A DNA stretch of 39,221 nucleotides from Gammaproteobacteria bacterium (GTDB lineage Bacteria; Pseudomonadota; Gammaproteobacteria; Pseudomonadales; JAHEGP01). The DNA lies in assembly GCA_030618705.1 (NCBI GenBank), contig JAUXCW010000003.1, positions 1 to 39,221 on the forward strand. Direction: 5' to 3'. The notes beneath the pieces were generated by a model, which did not search any database, was not told the origin of the DNA, and saw only the letters and a list, made by a program, of their open reading frames with translations. The translations under genes and the position numbers were made by a program. Positions 1-7,361 of the stretch are shown one piece after another; position 1 is the stretch's first letter; each line of letters opens with the position of its first letter.

Positions 1-2
1 AC

Positions 3-1445
3 AGGCGTGCTGATTTCGAGTCCCTGTTCGCCAGTCTGGAAGGTTTTGGCATCAAGCGAGATACGCTCTACTTGAGCTGGGACTTCACCGTCGCCTCCAC
101 CACCAACACCACCCGCCGCATCTTGCATATGCGAGATAGCTCCCTCGCGAACCTCGCCGCAGCCGCACCAGCGATAAGCATCGACAGTGTGGAGGAAAAT
201 ACCGTGGCGGAAGACCCCAATTGGGCCAGGTTTATCAAAGGCACTATCACCGTGCCGAATTTCCTCGATAGCGTCGATGGCGCCAGCGGCTCGAGATTGA
301 ATTATGCCGACAGTGACCCCGATGCACTGCCGGCGCAGTTTAACGGCGATGGCATGGTGGAAGTCCCCTTTGATTGCGGGATTCCCCACGCGGCGTTGGC
401 CGATGCGGGGGTCGGCACGGTAGATACCCGCGCGGTGGTGGTCGGGCACGGCTTGTTCGGCTCGCGAGAAATGGTCGCCCGCTTTGGAGAGATGGCCCAG
501 GAGCAGAACCTGTTTCTTTGCGGCATGGACTGGTGGGGAATGTCGTCCGCGGACTTCGGCACGACCTCCAACATCCTCGGCAATATCAACCTGTTCCCCT
601 CCCTCCCCGACCGGCTGCAACAGAGCTTCCTCAATATCATATTCCTGTCAGAGACCATGGTCAGGGCCGGTGGCTTCCAGGCGATGACTGAGTTCCAGAA
701 CGGCGCCGGGGTCGCCTTGTTCAAAACCGGCGAAGTGCATTTCGACGGTGTCTCCCAGGGTGCGGTACTCGGCGGGGCGCTTAGCGCCCTCAATCCCAAC
801 TTCAAGCGCACGGTACTCAATGTCGCCGGAACACGATTCAGTTTTTTATTGCGCCGCAGCAACGCCTGGAGCGATTACTCCAAAGTCTTCGATCCGGCCT
901 ATCCCGATGAGCTGGAACAACCGCTCATATTGTCGCTGACACAAATGCTGTGGGACCGGGCCGAAAACAATGGCTACGTCAACCATCTTACCCGTAACCC
1001 ACTGCCCGGCAGCGGCCTCACCCGGGTATTGATACACGTGGCGCTCGGGGACCAGACGGTAACGGAAACCAGTTCCGAAATACTGTCGCGTACACTCCAG
1101 GTTCAACGGCACAATCCCACCATCGTCGAGGGCAGGCACATCGCGGTCGAGCCCTATGTCGGCATCGAACCCATTTCGACCTATCCCCACGTGGGCAACG
1201 CGCTGGTGGTCTGGGACTCGGGGCCGTTCCCCACCGGGGGACATGACGGTACGCCACTGCAAACCGGCACCAACCAGCCGCAAACCGAGGGCTACAATAC
1301 CCACGCCATGCCGTTTTTCCAACGGGAGGCCCGCAATCAGAAAGCCCTTTTCTGGCGTAGCGGCCAGGTGGAAAACGTGTGCGGTGCAGCCCCGTGCTAC
1401 GGCGACGGCTACGACGGAACTCCCGGGGAGTACACGGCGCCGTAG
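3..1445 (+). CDS. 5'-partial alpha/beta-hydrolase (lipase/esterase-like) protein, probably secreted
   Basis: The frame is open from base 3 (RRADFESLF...) into the 72..1445 ORF. It has a nucleophile elbow HFDGVSQGAVLG (GxSxG), an oxyanion-type GHGLFGS, candidate catalytic Asp (LGDQTV) and His (NTHAMP), and a C-terminal Cys pair. The start lies upstream of the window. Confidence 0.7.
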   Translation, partial: RRADFESLFASLEGFGIKRDTLYLSWDFTVASTTNTTRRILHMRDSSLANLAAAAPAISIDSVEENTVAEDPNWARFIKGTITVPNFLDSVDGASGSRLNYADSDPDALPAQFNGDGMVEVPFDCGIPHAALADAGVGTVDTRAVVVGHGLFGSREMVARFGEMAQEQNLFLCGMDWWGMSSADFGTTSNILGNINLFPSLPDRLQQSFLNIIFLSETMVRAGGFQAMTEFQNGAGVALFKTGEVHFDGVSQGAVLGGALSALNPNFKRTVLNVAGTRFSFLLRRSNAWSDYSKVFDPAYPDELEQPLILSLTQMLWDRAENNGYVNHLTRNPLPGSGLTRVLIHVALGDQTVTETSSEILSRTLQVQRHNPTIVEGRHIAVEPYVGIEPISTYPHVGNALVVWDSGPFPTGGHDGTPLQTGTNQPQTEGYNTHAMPFFQREARNQKALFWRSGQVENVCGAAPCYGDGYDGTPGEYTAP

Positions 1446-1587
1446 TTTCTTCTGATCGCCCTATTCGGCATCGACATGGCGAGCGACCCAAATTCGCCCG
1501 CCCGCCGGGGGCGGCATTCACCTATTGTCACCGCCCACTGTTTCTCGTTATGCTTCCAGGTCGCGTATACAGTTAAAGGACAAGACT

Positions 1588-3177
1588 ATGCAACAGCTAA
1601 GTGGCCAGGATGCGATGTTCCTCCATGTCGAGCTCGACGGGCTGCCCCAGCACATCGGCGGTGTCAGTATCTACGACCAGTCCACCGCCCCCGGCGGCAA
1701 GGTGCGCTTTAAACAGATTCTCGCATTGCTGAAAAGTCGCTTGCATCTCTCGCCGATCTTTCGCCGCAAACTGCTCACTGTGCCCTGGGGGCTGGATCGG
1801 CCCTACTGGATCGAAGACCCCGATTTCGACCTTGAGTACCATGTCAGGCATATTGCCTTACCCGCCCCGGGGGATTGGCGACAACTGTGTATATTGAATT
1901 CGCGCCTGCACTCGCAGCCCCTGGTTCGCGATAAACCGCTTTGGGAGATGTATGTCATCGAAGGGCTCAACAATGTCGAAGGCCTGCCGCCAAATTGCTT
2001 TGCTGTTATGACGAAAATACACCACGCCGCCATGGACGGCGCCTCGGGAGCGCAGATGTTCGGGCTGATACACGACCTCAGCCCGGAAGTACAAGAGGTA
2101 GAACCCGGTCCGCTGCACACCGAGAGACAGCCCAATAATATTGAACTGCTCACCCGCGCCTACGTCAACGGGCTGCGCAAACCCAAACAGGTATACAAGC
2201 TTTTACAGCAAGCCGCTCCCGCTTTCAGGCGGATTCGTCAAGGCAAGACAAAGCAAGACTTCAAAAGCCTGGAAGACAAACAGACAACCCGCTTCCAGGG
2301 AGATATATCCCCCCATCGTGTGGTCGACTCGGCAAAGTTTGATTTTCAACAGATACGCGCCATCAAGAATAGCCAACCGGGCACGACGGTGAACGATGTC
2401 ATGCTGACTATCGTTTCCGGCGCACTGCGCCAGTACCTGGCCAGCAAGAATGAGCTGCCGGAGCAAACCCTGGTCACTGGCTGCCCCATCGATGTTCGCT
2501 CCGAAGACGAGCGCAATGCAGGTGGCAACATGGTCGGCTTTATGAATGTTTCCCTGTGCTCCGACATCGAGGATCCGGCTGAGCGCATGGCTGCCATCCA
2601 TCAGGAGGCCGTCGAGGCCAAGGCCTACGCCCAGGCTCTGGGCCCACGCATCATGATGGATCTGACGGACGTCATTCCCGGCAATGTACTCTCTCTTGCC
2701 CTCAGGGGAGCCGCTGCCACCAATTTGACCCAGGCCAATGTGGTTCACAACACCATCGTCACCAATGTTCCTGGCGCCCCGTTCCAGCTCTATTTTTGCG
2801 GGGCGCGATTGGTCGACGCCATCAGTTTTGGCCCGTTACTACCCAATGTCGGCCTGTTTCATATCGTCTACAGCTCGGTAATGAATAAGCAGGGCACTAT
2901 CAGTATTTCGATTACCGCCGATCGCAATATGATGCCCGACCCCGCTTTTTATACCCAGTGTCTGCTGGATTCATTCGCCCTGCTGGAACAGGCGACCCTC
3001 GGCACCCGCAAGCGAAAAAAGTCTTCTACCACTAAGCGCAAAAAGGCGCCGGCAAAAAGCCGCACTCAAGCCGCCCGCAAAGCCGCCGCCAGGCCCCGCA
3101 GCAAGTCTGCCACCAGCGTAAAACCCAAGGCCAAGCCCAGGGCCAGGTCAAAAACCAGGGCGAAGGCCGGCGCATAA
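1588..3177 (+). CDS. Wax ester synthase/diacylglycerol O-acyltransferase (WS/DGAT) with Lys/Arg/Ala-rich C-terminal tail
   Basis: The ATG at 1588 follows AAAGGAC and gives the typical N-terminus MQQLSGQDAMFL. Motifs: catalytic HHAAMDG (HHxxxDG), PLWEMYVIEGL, TVNDV, TNVPG. Confidence 0.93.
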   Translation: MQQLSGQDAMFLHVELDGLPQHIGGVSIYDQSTAPGGKVRFKQILALLKSRLHLSPIFRRKLLTVPWGLDRPYWIEDPDFDLEYHVRHIALPAPGDWRQLCILNSRLHSQPLVRDKPLWEMYVIEGLNNVEGLPPNCFAVMTKIHHAAMDGASGAQMFGLIHDLSPEVQEVEPGPLHTERQPNNIELLTRAYVNGLRKPKQVYKLLQQAAPAFRRIRQGKTKQDFKSLEDKQTTRFQGDISPHRVVDSAKFDFQQIRAIKNSQPGTTVNDVMLTIVSGALRQYLASKNELPEQTLVTGCPIDVRSEDERNAGGNMVGFMNVSLCSDIEDPAERMAAIHQEAVEAKAYAQALGPRIMMDLTDVIPGNVLSLALRGAAATNLTQANVVHNTIVTNVPGAPFQLYFCGARLVDAISFGPLLPNVGLFHIVYSSVMNKQGTISISITADRNMMPDPAFYTQCLLDSFALLEQATLGTRKRKKSSTTKRKKAPAKSRTQAARKAAARPRSKSATSVKPKAKPRARSKTRAKAGA

Positions 3178-3222
3178 TTAAAATGCGCCGGGGCCAGGCT
3201 CTCGATCACCCGGAGATGACAG

Positions 3223-3600
3223 TTGCCCGCTACTGAATACACCGAGCACCTCGACATTATCGATGTCGGGGTTCAGGAAAACGGCGATTACTGCGTCGAA
3301 ATTCGCTTGCAGCCCCTGCACCTGAGTCGAGCGGGCCTGGTTCACGGTGGCATGGTATTCACCCTGCTCGATGCCGCCATGGGCCGTGCGGTTATCCACA
3401 CGCTGGAACCCGGATTCACCAGCCCCACCATCGAGATGAAAATAAATTTTTTTCGCCCTGCCGATAGCGGTATGCTCCTCGCCCGGGGCAGAATCATCAA
3501 CCGCAGCAAACAGCTCTGCTATGCGGAGGGCGAAGTTCGCAGCGGTGCCGACAAGTTGATTGCCCGCGCCACCGGCACCTTTTTTATCAAACCGCTTTGA
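3223..3600 (+). CDS. PaaI-family hotdog-fold thioesterase
   Basis: GLVHGGMVFTLLDAAMG and TIEMKINFFRP motifs. TTG start preceded by GGAG at 3212-3215. Confidence 0.88.
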   Translation: MPATEYTEHLDIIDVGVQENGDYCVEIRLQPLHLSRAGLVHGGMVFTLLDAAMGRAVIHTLEPGFTSPTIEMKINFFRPADSGMLLARGRIINRSKQLCYAEGEVRSGADKLIARATGTFFIKPL

Positions 3601-3713
3601 CCCTCATCCCGCAATTGTAAATAATCAGGCAAAGCGGGAATGTCAATTGCCACCGATGCTCGTTACTATCGCTCTATGGTTTTAATGGACTAAAACTACT
3701 GCACAGGGATGTC

Positions 3714-5864
3714 ATGCCTCACCTGGTAGATTACCGTAATGGACGAGAGTCGGCCTTTGCCTGCCTGGCACTGATCGCACACTTTCACCAGATAGCCGCC
3801 GATCCGGCTCAACTGCTCCACGAGTTCGGGGGAGTCGATCCCACACCGGGCACCGATGAATTACTCCGTTGCGCGAAAGGACTCGGACTGAAAACCCGGC
3901 TTTTCCGCAATCTGGAAACGAAGAAGCTCTCGACCGCGCCACTGCCGGCGATTGCGCGGATGAGCGACGGCCATTTCGTCGTCATCGCCAAATTTGGCGG
4001 CGATAAAATCCTCTTGCAGGACCCCCGGGAACAGCGCCCGCAGAGCGTACCCCTGCAACTGTTCGAGAAAAACTGGACCGGCGAGTTACTCCTCCTTACT
4101 CACCGACACCGCCCCGCAAAGGCGACCGGACGCTTCAATATCCGCTGGTTCCTGCCCACCATGTACAAGTACCGGCGCTATTTCGGCGAGGTCTTACTGG
4201 CATCGTTTTTCCTCCAGCTGTTCGCCCTGGCGACTCCCCTATTTTTCCAGGTTGTCATCGACAAGGTGCTGGTACACGGCGGGCTCACAACCCTCGACGT
4301 CCTCGCCGTGGGCTTGCTCGCAATTTCCGTCTTCGAGGTGCTTTTAACCACGCTGCGTAATTTTTTACTGGCACATACCAGTAACAGAATCGACGTAACA
4401 CTAGGCGCAAAGTTGTTTCAGCACCTGCTCTGCCTGCCCACCAGTTATTTTAAAGCCAGGTGTGTAGGAGACACCGTGGCCCGCGTCAGGGAACTCGACA
4501 CGATTCGCCAGCTGATAACCGGGTCCAGCCTGACGGTGGTGATCGACCTGCTGTTCACTGTCATCTTTTTCGTGCTCATGTATTGCTACAGCCCGCGACT
4601 GTTCCTCATCGTGTTGTTGTCCCTGCCGTTCTACATCGTTCTTTCCCTGATACTGACGCCCCTGCTGCGCGACAAACTGCAGAAAAAGTTCCAACGCGGG
4701 GCCGAAAACCAGGCGTTCCTGGTGGAAGCGGTGCACGGCATCGATACCGTTAAATCCATGGCGGTAGAGCCCCAGATGCAGCGCCACTGGGAAAACCAGC
4801 TCGCCGCCTATGTCAGTGCCTCTTTCAGTGCCAGCAAACTCGGCAACATAGGCAGCCAATTGGCCGGCCTGGTCAGCAAACTCTGTAGCATCCTGATCCT
4901 CTGGTCGGGCGCGACACTGGTCATAGGGGGTTCACTGTCGGTCGGGCAGTTAATCGCTTTTAATATGTTCGCCGCAAGGGTCAGCGCTCCGGTGTTGCGC
5001 CTGGTGCAGCTATGGCAGGATTTCCAGCAGGCCGGAATAGCCATTGAAAGGCTCGGCGATATTCTCAACGCCCCGACAGAGCCGGGCTATAACCCAAATC
5101 GGAACTCCCTGCCACGACTGCAGGGCTGCATCGAACTCGATCACGTCAGCTTCCGCTACCAGGCGGATAGCAGTGACGTCTTGCAGGACATCAGCGTGCG
5201 GCTGGAGGCAGGTGAAGTCGTGGGTATCGTCGGCCAATCCGGCTCGGGCAAAAGCACCTTGACCAACTTGATTCAACGACTCTATACCCCCTGCCAGGGG
5301 CGCGTGAGTATCGACGGTATCGACCTGGCGCTGGTCCAGACCGCCTGGTTGCGCCGCCAGATTGGTGTGGTACAGCAGGAGAGCTTTTTGTTTAATCGCA
5401 GCGTAAGGGAAAACATAGCGCTGGTGAATCCGGATACCGGTCTGGAGACAATCATCGCCGCGGCAAAAATAGCCGGCGCCCATGAATTTATCTGCGAGTT
5501 ACCCGAGGGTTACGACACCCTTGTCGGCGAACAGGGCGGCAGGCTCTCAGGCGGTCAAAAACAGCGCCTCGCTATCGCACGCGCCCTGATCGAGGATCCA
5601 CGCATCCTGATATTCGACGAGGCCACCAGCGCGCTCGATTACGAATCGGAATTTAAAATACAGCAGAATATGAACAGTATCTGTAAAGACCGCACGGTAC
5701 TGATAGTGGCCCATCGCCTGTCGACGGTGCGCCATGCGGATCGAATCCTGGTGATGGACAAGGGCCGAATCGTCGAGCAGGGGAGTCACCAACAACTCCT
5801 CGCCCGCGGGGGAATCTACGCCAGGCTTTATGCCTACCAGGGCGGGCTCGCGGAACGGGCTTAG
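3714..5864 (+). CDS. hlyB: Type I secretion ABC transporter, HlyB/RtxB family (C39-like domain + TMD + NBD)
   Basis: 716 aa. N-terminal C39-like domain, LATPLFFQVVIDKVLVH, Walker A GQSGSGKST, signature LSGGQKQR, Walker B ILIFDEATSALD, H-loop VAHRLSTV. Confidence 0.93.
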   Translation: MPHLVDYRNGRESAFACLALIAHFHQIAADPAQLLHEFGGVDPTPGTDELLRCAKGLGLKTRLFRNLETKKLSTAPLPAIARMSDGHFVVIAKFGGDKILLQDPREQRPQSVPLQLFEKNWTGELLLLTHRHRPAKATGRFNIRWFLPTMYKYRRYFGEVLLASFFLQLFALATPLFFQVVIDKVLVHGGLTTLDVLAVGLLAISVFEVLLTTLRNFLLAHTSNRIDVTLGAKLFQHLLCLPTSYFKARCVGDTVARVRELDTIRQLITGSSLTVVIDLLFTVIFFVLMYCYSPRLFLIVLLSLPFYIVLSLILTPLLRDKLQKKFQRGAENQAFLVEAVHGIDTVKSMAVEPQMQRHWENQLAAYVSASFSASKLGNIGSQLAGLVSKLCSILILWSGATLVIGGSLSVGQLIAFNMFAARVSAPVLRLVQLWQDFQQAGIAIERLGDILNAPTEPGYNPNRNSLPRLQGCIELDHVSFRYQADSSDVLQDISVRLEAGEVVGIVGQSGSGKSTLTNLIQRLYTPCQGRVSIDGIDLALVQTAWLRRQIGVVQQESFLFNRSVRENIALVNPDTGLETIIAAAKIAGAHEFICELPEGYDTLVGEQGGRLSGGQKQRLAIARALIEDPRILIFDEATSALDYESEFKIQQNMNSICKDRTVLIVAHRLSTVRHADRILVMDKGRIVEQGSHQQLLARGGIYARLYAYQGGLAERA

Positions 5865-5903
5865 CGCTGTAGGGCAAAATTTATTTGTTTCGATTAAGTA
5901 AGC

Positions 5904-5921
5904 ACCACTGGATCCAGTGGT
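5904..5921. promoter_or_regulatory. Perfect 18-bp palindrome ACCACTGGATCCAGTGGT in the hlyB-hlyD spacer
   Basis: The sequence equals its own reverse complement and lies 23 bp upstream of the hlyD ATG. Function is inferred only. Confidence 0.45.
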
Positions 5922-5944
5922 TGTAAATATCACGGGAATAGAGC

Positions 5945-7345
5945 ATGTCAGCACAGGATCATCAAGGTAGTAAGAAAATCGAGCGGGCTGGCGACGACAA
6001 GCAATTCTATGCGTTTCTCCCCGCGGCTATCGAAATCGAGCGAACGCCCCCACCCGTCTATAGCCGGCTAATTCTCTGGGGTATTCTCAGCCTGGTGGTA
6101 TTGAGCCTGGCATGGGCCTGGTTCGGCAGGGTGGATATCGTCGCGGTAGCGCCGGGAAAAATCATTCCATTGGGGCAGGTAAAAATTATCCAGCCAGCCG
6201 AACGTGGCGTCATCAACCACATCCATGTGCGTGAGGGCCAGGCGGTAAAAGCCGGCGATGTGTTGCTCAGCCTGGATGCCGCGTCGATCGATGCGGACGT
6301 CAAACGCCTTGGCCACGACTTGAATGAAGCCCGGGCGCTATGGTTAATCGAATCGGCCTACAGGCAATACATCGAGAATCCCCATGACAGGCCCAGCGGG
6401 CCCGACGAGTTGGCAACCATGGCACGAACCCTGGACCTGCCCATGCCCATCGAGAACATCGAACATGCGAGCCTTGTACTGGAAGAACGAGTGGCGGAGT
6501 ACCGGTCGGGGCTCGCCGTTCTGGCAGAGCAGCGTTTAACGCTGGAATCGGAAAAAAACGCCGCTTCGACCTCGCTGCACCGCTACCAGCTAACGCTGCC
6601 AATTGTCCGCGAGCGCGCCGATTCCCACAAAGCACTGTATGCGCGTCACCTGGTGTCGAAAGACCTCTACCTCCAGTTAGAGCAGCAACACATCGAACAG
6701 CAGCAGGCCTACAATGCCGAGCAATTCAAAATCGCGGCGCTAGGGGCCCGCATAGCGGAGATCGATGCCAATACATCCCTGCTCAAGGGGCAACAGTCCG
6801 TGCGCAATCTCGAAGCGCTCAGCGAGCACAGGGGGCAGGCCTATGCGCTGCGCCAAACCCTTGGCCAGGCACAGATCAGGCAGCGGCAAACCCGCTTGCG
6901 GGCGCCAATCGACGGCACGGTACAGCAACTGAAGATTCACACCATCGGCGGGATCGTTACGCCCGCGGAAACGCTGATGTTGCTGATACCCGACAGCGCC
7001 ACCCTGGAAATCGAAACCTGGATCAGCAATCACGACATCGGCTTCGTCCATGAAGGCCAGCTCACCGCGGTTAAAGTCGATACCTTTGACTTCACCCGGT
7101 ACGGCGCAATCGAGGGCGAACTGAGACTGCTGTCTGCGGATGCCGTGGTAAAAGAAAACCAGGGGCTGGTCTATCCCGCCAGGGTCAGCCTGTCAAAAAG
7201 CAGCCTTGCCATCGGCGATAAGGATATCGAACTGAGCCCCGGCATGGCGGTGACGGTGGAAATCAAAATCGGAACACGGCGTATTCTCGAATTCTTTATG
7301 GCGCCGCTACTCAAGTTTACCAGCGAAAGCCTTCGTGAGCGCTAG
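5945..7345 (+). CDS. hlyD: Type I secretion membrane fusion protein, HlyD family
   Basis: AFLPAAIEIERTP start, single TM helix, IHVREGQAVKAGDVL lipoyl-like half, coiled coil, LRAPIDGTVQQL, LSPGMAVTVEIKIG and C-terminal ESLRER. Confidence 0.93.
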   Translation: MSAQDHQGSKKIERAGDDKQFYAFLPAAIEIERTPPPVYSRLILWGILSLVVLSLAWAWFGRVDIVAVAPGKIIPLGQVKIIQPAERGVINHIHVREGQAVKAGDVLLSLDAASIDADVKRLGHDLNEARALWLIESAYRQYIENPHDRPSGPDELATMARTLDLPMPIENIEHASLVLEERVAEYRSGLAVLAEQRLTLESEKNAASTSLHRYQLTLPIVRERADSHKALYARHLVSKDLYLQLEQQHIEQQQAYNAEQFKIAALGARIAEIDANTSLLKGQQSVRNLEALSEHRGQAYALRQTLGQAQIRQRQTRLRAPIDGTVQQLKIHTIGGIVTPAETLMLLIPDSATLEIETWISNHDIGFVHEGQLTAVKVDTFDFTRYGAIEGELRLLSADAVVKENQGLVYPARVSLSKSSLAIGDKDIELSPGMAVTVEIKIGTRRILEFFMAPLLKFTSESLRER

Positions 7346-7361
7346 TGCGCCAGGACACCCG

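Noticed and set aside
1380-1445. C-terminal GDGYDG of the lipase-like protein as an RTX/T1SS secretion signal
   Set aside because: It is a single Gly/Asp patch rather than tandem GGxGxDxUx nonapeptides. The protein has cysteines, which are uncommon in RTX cargo.
1498-1514. CCGCCC/GGGCGG hairpin after the first gene
   Set aside because: A 6-bp stem without a U-tract, which is common by chance in GC-rich DNA.
3601-3713. Possible riboswitch upstream of hlyB (several short inverted repeats, GGCAAA)
   Set aside because: It does not fit a riboswitch consensus I can recognise, and the stems are short and mutually overlapping. An Rfam scan would be needed.
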